Assembly: GCA_002269645.1 (NCBI GenBank)
Contig: NIVC01002152.1
Span: 136,069-200,068 of the forward strand
From: Macrostomum lignano
Lineage: Eukaryota
DNA: 64,000 nt
Direction: 5' to 3'
Both the position numbers and the translations under genes were made by a program. A model generated the notes under the pieces. That model saw nothing but the letters and a program-made list of their open reading frames with translations, searched no databases and was not told the origin of the DNA. Of the stretch, positions 25,030-36,289 are shown one piece after another. Position 1 is the first letter of the stretch. Each line of letters starts with the position of its first letter.

Positions 25030-25570
25030 GCACGACGTTTGCCCGCCGGAATTTTGCGCGCCGACGTTTGCCCGCGAGAACTTTGCCCCCGACGTTTGCC
25101 CGCCGACGTTTGCCCGCGAGAACTTTGCCCGCCGACGTTTGCCCGCGAGAACTTTGCCCGCCGACGTTTGCCCGCCGAAGTTTGCCGGTTTTCCCTTCGA
25201 AAACTCAAGGAACAGTTAGAGTTTGAAATTTCCCGATTTCCCGACTGTTTGCTACATTGAGAGGCTCGCAAGTATATTCATTCGTTAGTCCGTATGTTGC
25301 AAGTGAACTCCTACTCCTACCTTCTTTCACAAGATCGAAATTTCACAAGGTCGAAATTTCACAACGTAGAAAACTACTGTATAGTTCTGTTATATTAAAT
25401 TTTCGACCTTGTGAAAGTGGCTGCCATTTGAGTTTTCTACGTTGTGAAATTTCGACCTTATGAAGTCCTTTGCTAAAGGTTTCGATGTTGTAAAATTTCG
25501 ACCTTGTGAAGTTTCGACCTTGCGAAATAAATCACTTTTCGACGTTGTGAAATTTCGACCTTGTGAAAGC
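25030..25570. repeat. Clustered short subterminal-type repeats (CGACGTTTGCCCG; AAATTTCGACCTTGTG)
   Basis: Two motif families, the second in both orientations; typical of a non-autonomous DNA element. Confidence 0.6.
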
Positions 25571-25904
25571 ACCCCCTTTTTTCGTTACAACTTCTTAAGG
25601 GGTTGGGGCTGTCTTTGTTCGCCGAGAACCGCTCGTAAAAATTGTCACTTGACTCACTTCCCCCACTGCCATGTTTATCTATGTGCATATCCCTCTTCCA
25701 CACTTCTTTTGGTGGGGGGGGGCAGAAATGCACGCAATGGCCTTTGAGTTTTTATACTCTCTTTAGCCAGGACTTGCCTCATATGGGATGACTACATGGT
25801 CCCAGTAAAATGTACAGTTGTTTCGTGTGCTTGGGCTCTATCTTTTTGTATAAGATCCCTAGCATGGTTTCTAAACGGCCTGCTTCCATATATTGCACTT
25901 CGAC

Positions 25905-26590
25905 CGAGACTTCTGCCGAAACTTCTGCCGAGACTTCTGCCGAAACTTCTGCCGAAACTTCTACCGAGACTTCTGCAGAGACTTCTACCGAGACTTCTGC
26001 CGAGACCTCTTCTGCCGAGACTTCTGCCGAAACTTCTACCTAGACTTCTGCCGAGACTTCTGCCGAGACTTCTGCAGAGACTTCTGCCGAGACTTCTGCC
26101 GAAACTTCTACCGAGACTTCTGCAGAGACTTCTACCGAGACTTCTGCCGAGACCTCTTCTGCCGAGACTTCTGCCGCGACTTCTGCCGAGACTTCTGCCG
26201 AAACTTCTGCCGAAACTTCTACCGAGACTTCTGCCGAGACTTCTGCAGAGACTTCTGCCGAGACTTCTGCCGAAACTTCTACCGAGACTTCTGCAGAGAC
26301 TTCTACCGAGACTTCTGCCGAGACCTCTTCTGCCGAGACTTCTGCCGCGACTTCTGCCGAGACTTCTGCCGAAACTTCTGCCGAAACTTCTACCGAGACT
26401 TCTGCCGAGACTTCTGCCGAGACTTCTATCGAGATTTCTACCGAGACTTCTGCCGAGAATTCTATCGAGACTTCTGCCGAGACTTCTGCCGAGATTTCTA
26501 CCGAGACTTCTGCCGAGAATTCTATCGAGATTTCTACCGAGACTTCTGCCGAGAATTCTATCGAGACTTCTGCCGAGACTTCTGCCGAGC
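25905..26590. repeat. 12-bp minisatellite (GAGACTTCTGCC)
   Basis: More than 50 copies with higher-order duplication. Produces the LLPR, AETS and RDFC ORFs. Confidence 0.95.
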
Positions 26591-26594
26591 CCAC

Positions 26595-27625
26595 TGCGAA
26601 AATTTCATTCCATGAATTTCCTTTGCACAGAAACTTTTTTGCAAGAATGGCTGCGACGGATTCAAAGAGAAGACTATTGTCCTACTGAAAAGTCACGGTT
26701 ATTTTTCCTGCACTTTTTTTATAGCGACTTTGTGACTGCTTCTCAGGACTCGAATCCTCGACGAAAGCGCAAGATGAGCAGCGAGACTCTGGGCAAGCCG
26801 AGGCTGAAAAAATGCTGTTCCGACACAATTCAACCAACTACCTGAAAGACTGCAACCGGTAGCAGTGCGATCGCGAACAGAGAATGCTACAGCGGAGCAG
26901 AAGCACCAGAACGAGCAAGAGCGATTGGAGAATGCGGCCACCGAGTTTCTGGCTCAAGATCAAATTGCCTCGATCGCTGACGTTCAAGCTTATAACTACA
27001 GTGCAACAGAATTCCTGCCGATTTTTCTGTCGTGACTAGTGCCGAAATCACTACATTCTGCATTGTTCACGTCAAATACGGAACCGTGCCTATGCTGCTT
27101 TGCTCCCTACAGGTTCACGTTGACAAGACAGTAGCCGCGAGCGTGAATGGGCTTCCACTGCCCCAAAAAAGACTGCAACAATTCTTGGATGGTGGCAAGG
27201 TCCGCCTCTTTTCCCAGGTTCAGAACATACTGGCCCAAATAAAGTCGTTGGCAACACAAAGCAGCAGCAGCAGCGAAAGAACGCAATTAATTAAAGACGC
27301 TGTTGCCTGCCTCGAGCGATGGATAGAAGAATGTGAGGAATTCACCGAGCCGCTTTGTCAAAGAGTTCAGCTTATCTTGGAGCAGCTGAAGCTGTCCTGC
27401 GCGATAAACAAGTCGTCTCTACGGTAATCACCTGATTTGATTGTGCTTGCAATGGTTCTTAAGTCTACAAGAACAACATGCTAGCTCGTATAAGGCTTTG
27501 TTAGAACATGAGGTGCTGATTTTACCTTCAATAAGGCGGCTAATAGTGATATCTAGCCCGTTGTCAGTTACCTCTGGTGTCTCTGATGAGAGATACTTAC
27601 ACCTACGGACTAAAAATTAATGAAT
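26595..27625 (+). pseudogene. THAP-domain / P-element-type transposase remnant
   Basis: Across frameshifts it reads KISFHEFP...[23 protein letters not shown]...LKK.AVPTQFNQLP (THAP), then EFLAQDQIAS and LR*SPDLIVLAMVLKS...YKALL...LPSIRRL...YLHLR (P-type transposase N-terminus). Contains stops. Confidence 0.75.
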
Positions 27626-27819
27626 AATTGTTATTTTTTGTTTATATTTTGTCAATTGTATAAAAAACTAAATGAATTTATTACGTATAACACATTGCTT
27701 TCAGTAGGATTGGCCCACTGCTCTGTGGGGTGGAAAATTTTCATTCGGCCCGGTTGTGTACGCCCCTCCAAAAAGGCTTCACTTCCAGATAGATATCTAC
27801 GAGCTAGAATTCTATGAAT

Positions 27820-29735
27820 CGGTGCTGCTTAGTCAGTGGGAGAACGCATACTGGCCCTGCTGCGGAGGGTCCGCAGCCCAGGCCAAGGACATCTCCCCCC
27901 TCAGGCTGGTGCTCAGCCGAGTCGAAGTCGGTCAGAAGGTATCCTGGCTCGCTCGGGGTACCGCCGGGCCGGCGAGCCCGCCGCAGGCTTCACAATGCCA
28001 TCGCCAAGCCCGGGGCCGGGCGCCCGGTGTCCGTCGGAAGAGCCGTCCTGGTGGGCCGCTGGCAGGTCGGGAGCGGCGGTCTCGGCAGTGGCTGCGGCCG
28101 GCAGGTTCACCGTTGGCTCCGAGCTGCGAGTCGGCAGTGACAGCAGCTGGTCGGCGTGCCGCCGTGTCAGAGAGCCGCCTGCGCTCACCATGCAGTTCCG
28201 GGCCCCGGCCGACTCGAGGGTGCCCTCTTGCCAGCGGCTGCTCGCGTGGCTGCCGTAGTCACGCAGCAGCACTCGGTCTCCGGGTCGAAACGTCCTGGCC
28301 GGCCTTGGCGACTGCTGGAGCGCTGCCTCCTGCTGCCGGTGACGGTTGCTGACGAGCGATGGCGTCAGAAGTCGTCAGCAGGTCCAGCCGAGATCGCAGT
28401 CGGCGCCCGTAGAGCAGCTGGCTGGGAGCTGCGCCTGTGGCCGAATGCGGCGTGTTGCGATAGGCGAGTAGGAGCTGCTGCAGAGCTCTCTCAGACAGTC
28501 CCGATTTCTTTAGGTGCTGCTTCAGCACCTTGACGAACCGTTCGGCTTGCCCGTTGGTCGCAGGATGAAACGGAGCTGAAGTCATATGCTCGATGCCGTT
28601 GAGACGCAGGAACTCGCTGAATTCGGATGACGTGAACTGAGCTCCGTTGTCAGACACCAGAGTCCGCGGTAGACCCTGGCGCGCGAAGATCTCGCGAAGG
28701 CAGTTGATGGTCGCGCCTGACGTCGTGCTGGTCAGCTGCTTCACCTCCGGCCACTTACTATGCGCGTCGATAAGCACCAGGAAGGTGCGGCCGTCAACAG
28801 GGCCAGCAAATTCGATGTGTAGCCGGGACCACGGCTCCGATGGGAAGGGCCACGGGTGCACAGGCGCCTTGGGCGGATCGGCCTGGTTGAGCAGGCAGGT
28901 TTCGCACGCCTTGGCGGAGTCCTCCACGTCCTTGTCCAGGCCGGGCCACCACACGTAGCTGCGAGCGAGCGCCCGCATGCGGCTGGCTCCAGGGTGGGCC
29001 TGGTGCAGTTCGCTGAGGACCTTCGAGCGGAGGGCGGATGGAACGATGACTCTGGACCCCCAAAGCAGGCAGCCCTGCTCGATGTTCAGCTCGTGCTGTC
29101 GGCCAAAGAACGTTTCGAGGCCCCCTGCAGCTGGGATCCGGGCGTCCGACTGCAGACACAGCAGCACTCTGCCGAGCTGCGCGTCCGTCCGCGTCCTCTG
29201 CGAGATCACCTTTGCCGTCAGGGCCGAACCGACATCTTCGTCGATGAGGAGGCAGTTCACAGCTGGCTCCTCGATGAACTGGGTGCCGAGTGGAAGGCAA
29301 GAGAGCGAGTCGCAGTTGCCGTGTCGCGCCGTTGGTCTGAACTCCAGGCTGTAGTCGTAGCTGGAGAGCCAGATGGCCCAGCGCTGCATGCGAGCTGCGG
29401 CGTGTGCCGGGATGGCCTTGCGCTCACCAAGCAGTCCACTTGGTGTTCTTGGTCAGCAGCTGGTTCATCGGCGCCACTACCGCAGACAGGTGTGGCATGA
29501 ACTTCGAGTAGTGGGTCAGCATGCCGAGGAAGGCGCGCAGCTGGCTGACGTCTTTTGGTGCCGGCGCGTTCTGCACCGCGGCGACCTTGTCTGGCAGAGG
29601 CTTCAGGCCATGCGCGTCGATTCGATGACCGAGGTACTCGACGGAGTCTTGAAAGAACAGGCACTTGGACCTGTTCAGTCGAAGACCGGCGTCCTGGAGA
29701 CACTGCAGCACGCTGGTCAGGTTCTGTCTGTGCTG
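27820..29735 (-). mobile_element. Ty3/gypsy LTR retrotransposon fragment (RT end, deleted RNase H, integrase, PPT, start of 3' LTR)
   Basis: KCLFFQDSVEYLGH and LRAFLGMLTHYSKF (RT). RMQRWAIWL, zinc-finger H..HPG..RM...R.YVWWP...C..C, DNG.QF and PFHPATNGQAER (integrase). PPT AGGGGGGAGA at 27901-27892 followed by TG. Confidence 0.93.
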
Positions 29736-30822
29736 CAGTCAGGAGTGCTCCTAGCAAGGAGCGAATCGATTTTGTGTGCTATAGAGTTCAAGAATCAAGA
29801 GTTAGGAGCTAGGAGTTGTTTTAAGGAGTGCAGCATAGGAGTGAGGAGGAGCTCTAAGGAGTGTGAGGTGATTGGCTAAGGAGTCTGCCAATCTGCGTGC
29901 TATATTAAACTCCTAAATGTATGCACCTTAAGGAGTAATTCTAGCAGTTTAAAAAACAAGTTACAAGTTTTAATTATTACACTGTGAAAAACGGCTACGA
30001 GCGCGTAAAGCAATAAAACCATTTTAGGCTAAGCTGTGCATTTAATAGGCAAAAGGGAGCGGGGAGCACATTTAATTAGTTGATAGACCAAGTCAATAGA
30101 AAGTGGTTTAACTGCATGCTATCGTAATTAATTGCTCCTATTTGAAAAACAACTAATACTTGTATAAGAGGGGTGCTATAATTAGACACCATAAAATTGG
30201 TCATTTTTGTACCCAGCAAAACAGTGCCCATTGTCGGTACAAACAAAATAGTACAAGTCGAAATCTAAGATTATTTGTGATGTTTTAAGTTGCAACATGT
30301 TTATTGAAAGTGGTGTTGATTCTCATTGAGCGGAAACCGTGAGTCGCGACATAGTATGAAATTCTTCAAGAAAGTTTATCCTTTGCTTAAATTGCCTGGG
30401 TTGCCATCGCCAATCATTAGCTCCCCGACCCCCACCGTCCGAGAATAGTTCTGTGTTCGATCCAAAAACATGAAAAAAGACACTCCTACTAACCTAAGAG
30501 TAAAATTTGGCCCTTGAATTTTTAACTAGGAGTTAGGAGCTAGAGATGAATTTCGCTCCTTCTATAGGACACGCACTCCTAAAACTCACTCCTAAACAGC
30601 AATTCCTAGCTCCTAGCTCCTTACTCCGCTCCTTATTCTATAGCACGCGACAAACCTTAATGAGGTCTCCTAAATTCACCAAGGAGTCTCCTAACGTCCT
30701 TAGGAGCCTCCTAGCTCTTAAAATTTACTCTTGATTCTATAGCACAGAAAAGCCATCTAGGAGCTAGGAGTTAGGACACTCTTAAGGATTTAGGGGTTAA
30801 GAGTATTCTATAGCACGGGCCC
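29735..30822. mobile_element. Non-autonomous foldback DNA element, Harbinger-like
   Basis: Imperfect inverted arms rich in TAGGAG/CTCCTA. GTGCTATAGA..TCAAGAG (about 29776) mirrors CTCTTGATTCTATAGCAC (about 30728). Right end CTATAGCACGGGCCC. Confidence 0.55.
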
Positions 30823-30861
30823 CTGAGGCTCGAAGGCTTCCCCACAAGGGGGCCGAAAGGT

Positions 30862-31500
30862 CGAAACCCATCAAAAGGAAGAACGATGATCGGTTCACTG
30901 GGGTTGATGTTTTCAGCTTTAGTGGTTTGCTGTGGGTTGACTTTTTCGGTAATGAATTTGTTGATGTTGCAGTGGATGAAGGCAAGTGGGTAGCCCACGT
31001 GGGGAAAACAAAAAAGCACTTGCACACCAGAACCAGAGAGCACTGGCTCAAAACATCGGCCATTCAAACCCACCTCTTAGAATGCAATAGCTGCTCCAAC
31101 AGCATTCCTATGAACGCTTTATAATTATCGACCAATGTACATCTGACTATAAACTTAAGATTCTTGAGGCCATGCACATAAAAGCTTTTTCCCCCAACCT
31201 CAACACTCAACTCCAACATAGTGGCGCGGGCCATGTTCTCCGTGTTTTTTAAGTTCTGAGAGAACGCCGACTACGGACTGCACTGCTCTGTCAAAATTTC
31301 CGTCCCTGACCTATCGTCTGTCTATTGATCTTCGAACAAATTTACTGTACAGCATAATTACTCATCTAATATTTTGCGTCACACAAACATTTATTATCGT
31401 TAGCCTCGGTTTTTTTTTCGTTCTAATAAAATAAACCTGAAGATGCACCACGGAGTGCGAAACGCGTCGACTCACAGATGAAATGTTGATTGTTGGTTTT
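30862..31500 (+). mobile_element. Penelope-like element 3' fragment with 5' inversion
   Basis: Plus strand 30999-31230 encodes VGKTKKHLHTRTREH...LKILEAMHIK (GIY-YIG). Minus strand 30862-30998 encodes GYPLAFIHCNINKFITEK...IVLPFDG (post-RT linker). Confidence 0.85.
31434..31475 (+). ncRNA. Minimal hammerhead ribozyme core (Penelope-type)
   Basis: CTGAAGA at 31437-31443, GCAC/GTGC stem, GAAA at 31459-31462, CGCGTC with the GUC triplet ending at 31468. Identical to the copy at 24431. Confidence 0.6.
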
Positions 31501-31994
31501 TTATTCATATTATTTGCAAAGCGAGCAACTCTACCACATTCGAAACATTTTTTGTATTAGCAAAACGACTTACTCGTACATGTAAGACATTGAATTAACT
31601 GCAATAGGCAAGGTAGGACAGGATTTTGTGAACAGGATTTTGGCTATTAATATGGCAGTCCTACGTTCAATTCAAAAATTCAGATTTTACATTTATTTTG
31701 GGACGACGGACATACGAATACCCACATCATATAAAGAACTTGTATGAATAAACTAATTGGTTCAATTCTTATTTTATCCGATCATTCTACGTACGTGCTT
31801 GATGAACACGATAAATTTGATCAATTCGATTAATATAACCAAGGATCATGCTACTGTTCAGAAACATGAATTTCTCAACTATATAGTGCAAAACACTTGT
31901 CTGCAAGGTGGGCAAGTATACCCTCTAAGCGAGATGAATTTCCTCACTTTTCGAGTGACGCAACTTACGGCACGCGCGAGTCTTATTGCTACTT

Positions 31995-32517
31995 GAGTTG
32001 ACCAGGATAACAATAACGCGCCACCACACCGAGCCGATGCTGTTAGCCAACTAAAGAACAGCTACAGCTGAGCACTCTGCGCTGGCCTTCCCGGTCCCCA
32101 GAGACATGAATCCCATCGAGCATGTCTGGAACTTCCTAAAACGCAGCATTCGAAAAGAGAATCCACCAGATTGTTGCGGAGCTGCGTCATGCCATTGAAA
32201 ACGCTTGGCAGCAGCTTCTCCAGGACTTTCTGCGCCGCCTCATCCTGAGGATGCCCGGCAGAATCGCCGCACTTCTGCGTGCGAGAGGATCCCACACGCG
32301 TTATTAAGCATCGCAATTCTAACTGCTTATATTGCATAAAAAATAAACTTATGATTTTGTGCGACTGACGTTAGATTCGATCAAATTTCCTTTCCTCGCG
32401 GCTGCTTATAGTTGCGTAACTTGAGGGTTGAATTGTGATGAGTGAGAAGTTGTCGCAATAAGTGAGAAAATTTTCATCTCGCTTGGAGGGTGGAACTTTT
32501 GACTGTTGCTGAGTATA
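31995..32517 (+). mobile_element. Tc1/mariner remnant: transposase C-terminus plus 3' terminus
   Basis: QDNN.APPH...LRWPSRSP.DMNPIEHVWNFLKR...RMPGRIAALLRARGSHTRY* across frameshifts. Ends ...GACTGTTGCTGAGTATA. Confidence 0.8.
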
Positions 32518-34523
32518 TACTGCGCGTGGGCAATGGGCATAGACGTATCACGACGCAATTACTTTGACCTCTTGACCTGCTGACAAGGCAAGATCAAACA
32601 AAATTACGAGTAGGACCCGATTTTTATCTAAACTCTGCCGTACATTACGCGCACTCAGGAAAAGAATCGATTGTTGCCCGCATACCAACATGGCCGCTTT
32701 TTGCATAGTCAGAACTGCATTTGACCTCAATTGCAAGGCCATATGCAAATTAAAGCAACAAAGTTAAATTACCAATTTAAAGTGGCAATGCTAATGTTGA
32801 TTTCTTTATTTATTAGACTCACATCACAGAGCCGCTATATTTATGAATTTTTATGTAGTTAGAAACGTAAAAATCTATTCTATGTAATGTACCAGGTACG
32901 GTCCTAGTTTTTAACTTGCATTTAAACTTAAAATCTTAGCTATGGGAGCAAGTAAAGAATGTAAAAATGCTTGATAACAATTTAAGCTAAATCAAATAAA
33001 GCACCATCCAAAATGTTAGGTGCGAATATATCAAATTTACTATTTTTAATTAACCGATCTTTTTGGGTAACAATACACATTAATCAGCTTATAATAAATA
33101 TTATATTGTAAACTTCCCTGCTACTCGTAAGTCTCAATGTGAGCCAAAATTAATTATATAGCAATACGCGCGCACACCAAAAGCAATTAATATGAATATT
33201 AGCTGTGCGCATGCTTCATGTGTGTACAGATATACACACGATAGTGTAATGTTGAACAGCACAGATAACTAAGCAATTTAGCAGTAAAATCCACAGCAAA
33301 CTAACACATTTTGTGGCATTGTATTGCCAGGCGAGGCTACACAGAGAAAGACGGCATTTTTTCGTTTGAAACCAGGGCTGCTATATGAATTAATAACGTT
33401 TGATAAACATGCGATATGGAGCGCATGGGGTTGCACAGAATACTGCGCGTGGTACAAAACACGCAAAACATACTACTAACAGCATTTTCGAGGGGTACAA
33501 GACCTTCCAGAAATACAACAAAGTCAAGTCGATCACAGTGCCAGGTTGAATTTATTTGAAACAAATATATTGCAACGCTGAAAGCAATATTAAAACCAAA
33601 TAAAATAGAATCAGCCGCGAGGATCAAACTTGGCACAACAAGCTGTTGGAACAAATTAAATACACTCGTAGCGAGTAAAATGTTCTGAAATAAGCTTAAG
33701 ATAGCTACTTTTACAAGTTAGAGGTTACAGCGATATCAAATAACTTAAGAACAGAAATACCCAACTATTCATAATTCCCACAGCGATCGGACATGACGAG
33801 GGTCTTCACGCATGCAACTACAGAACCAGAGTCATCCTAGAATAAAAACAATATAAAAATATAAAATATAAAAATATGTAATTTGACTAATTTGTTATAT
33901 TTAATCATAAACTATATTAATGTAATAAGATACAAAAAACACAAAAAATATAATATAAAATACCACTCCTACCATACGATGCCTCCCCCAAAAGACGCAC
34001 CAGCAACTATTTTTAGCTTTAGAATTTACAGCCACCTAAAATAGATTCCTAACTCTGAAGGTTGTTCGATTGCGATAACAAAAGTATTTCCTTCAAATTT
34101 ATTACCAGTTTGAACCACCTGTATAGTATTAGAAAGAACTAATAAGAGGATATTTAACTTGGCATGTTAAATATTCTCTTGAGCAGGAGATGCCACACAG
34201 GGACGCACGCAGGTGAGGAGGGCCCGCGGTCCCCATTTCAATTGGAAGTCAAATGTCGCCCCTACACGAGTGAGCATACTTTTAGAAAGAAAAAGAAAAG
34301 AAAAGATAGACAAAAACTGAATAAATAGATTATGCCAATAATAGATGGACAGAGACAACATTTAGAGGTATCACACCAGATTAGACTACCGGCTATGAGA
34401 CTAATAAACAAAACTGGAAAAAACATTCTTAAAAAAATCCAAGAGGAAGCAATTTAGGATTGGCAAATAAATAAGTTAACCACCGGGGACTCCAACTGGA
34501 GAAGGAAACCGTTAGCCTAAAGC

Positions 34524-34732
34524 CAGGGGTTGGCAAACTAGCTAGTATTTATCTCAAGGGGCAAATGGAGAATCTAGCGCATAACTGTCGGTCAGAACAG
34601 GGGAGAGAAGAGAGCAGAAAAGAGATGGAGAAGGGAGAGGAGATTAGAGAGAAGAGAGCTGGGAAGAGACGCAAACCGGATGGCTATTGTAAAGTTTCAA
34701 AGGACCCGAGAGCCGGAGTTTGCCAACCCCTG
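34524..34732. mobile_element. hAT-type MITE with intact TIRs
   Basis: CAGGGGTTGGCAAACT ... AGTTTGCCAACCCCTG. Near-match 8-bp TSD gcctaaag/gcttaaag with a one-base offset. Confidence 0.8.
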
Positions 34733-35766
34733 GCTTAAAGAGAAGCGAAAGTTTATTATCCAAAAAAGTATCGATACTAATTAATTGGTCTTAAACTACT
34801 CATAACTGGAACAAGTCAAATATAGAAATGTATCCAAGTGTCATGTGTTCCCCCGGCCTAAGTGTTATAGTCTAGAAGTGCATGCAGCAGTCTTGACAAT
34901 CAATATTCTGAACAGAATCCATTGATCAACTGATACTGCCTGATACTGCCTGATAGGTAAATTTTAGTTTAACCATTGTAAAGATCGGAAGAATAACAAA
35001 AAGCTGAACTAAGAAGAGCTAAGGATGACAAACGAAGTGGGATATAAATATTTGGCAAGTGCATGAATAGACAAGTACTTGTAGTAGTAGTAGTAGCAGT
35101 AGTAGCAGTAGTAGTAGTAGTGGTAGTAGCCAACAGCAGGAATGAAAATTACAATTATTAGGTAAATTTTTGCATTAAAAATAGCTAAATCAGTTAACAG
35201 ATGAGCTATAACTAAGGAAAACTCGCATCTAAACATTGCGAAATTTGCAATTGAAATAATAATAATAATAATATTAGGCATAATTAATTAGTCAAGACAC
35301 AATGCATTCGATATGCGACATTTATTATTACTATTCAATACGCATTGCTCTACTTACAGCAGTCCACGAATATATAGGCGAAAATCTAGTTAAATAAATA
35401 ATCAAATCGGGTTTGTCGTGGAAAATGAATCAATTCTAAGCATGGTACACTATAATATAATAGAGCAAGCATTTTCAGCTAAAGTGCAATAAATGGACGC
35501 AGCAAAAAAAGAAAAAGCTCGTTGGATTGCCTCAGGATAAGCAAAGGATAAAGTAAGAAATTAGTTTTTTATCATAACGCAGTTAGCGAAACTACATTAG
35601 ACGATTTTTGTGCAAATAAGCGGCAAAAATGGAAAAAGAAAATCGAGACAAGAAAAAGCAGAGAAAAGGCAATAAAGAAGTTGAAGAGTACATTGATTGT
35701 GTGTCTACAGAGGGATAATTGCAAATTGGGGAGTTCAGAACACATGGGGAACTAGGAAATCAGGAT

Positions 35767-35983
35767 TCACATGAGCCTGCACTTGTCCTTCTGCTTGCCG
35801 CTGGACTGCTGGCCGGAGTCGAGCATCTCGGAGCTCTGGCCCTGACTCTTGTCCTTGTCTTTGGAGGCCTCTTTAGCGGACGATTTCGACTTTTTCTTTG
35901 ATTCTTCCGGAATTGACTCGGCCACAGTTGCCGCGGAGGCCGGCTTCATTGGGATTGGCCGTCTGGTGCCCGCGGATGCCGCC
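35767..35983 (-). CDS. S6K: p70 S6 kinase exon 6 (last; Lys/Ser-rich tail)
   Basis: Acceptor cgcttag|G in phase 2 matches the upstream donor AT|GTAAGC. Reads MAASAGTRRPIPMKP...KCRLM then TGA. Confidence 0.75.
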
Positions 35984-36012
35984 CTAAGCGCGGGGAGTGC
36001 ACAAGCGGGTCT

Positions 36013-36270
36013 ATGAGAATTTCCCGCAGGAAGTTTTCCCGCCGAGGTTTGCCCACAGGGACAGGGTTTTTACAGTCGGAATTTCAAGTCAAAGCCAATC
36101 GGATTTGAAATCTAGTCTAGTCTAGTTTTTAATCTACTCGTAGTCTAGCTTATGTCTAGTCTAGTCTAGGCTAGTTCTAATCTAGCCCAGCATTGTCTAT
36201 AGACTGGATCTGACTTGAATTCCAACTGTAAAAAACCCTGCGGGAAAACCTCGCCGCGGGAAATTCTCAT
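36013..36270. mobile_element. MITE with about 90-bp inverted termini
   Basis: ATGAGAATTTCCCGC...GGGTTTTTACAGTCGGAATTTCAAGTCA is mirrored by TGACTTGAATTCCAACTGTAAAAAACCC...GCGGGAAATTCTCAT. The core is (CTAGT)n. Confidence 0.8.
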
Positions 36271-36289
36271 GCTCCCGGACAAGTGAGTT

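Noticed and set aside
27756-29879. Many overlapping plus-strand ORFs over the gypsy element (likewise over the RTE at 54000-57100)
   Set aside because: They are antisense or shadow ORFs expected in GC-rich coding sequence and have no motifs.
30822-30860. Hammerhead-like GGCC-GAAA-GGTC-GAAAC
   Set aside because: It resembles stem II plus GAAAC but lacks a CUGANGA core directly 5' of the stem and has no stem I or III.
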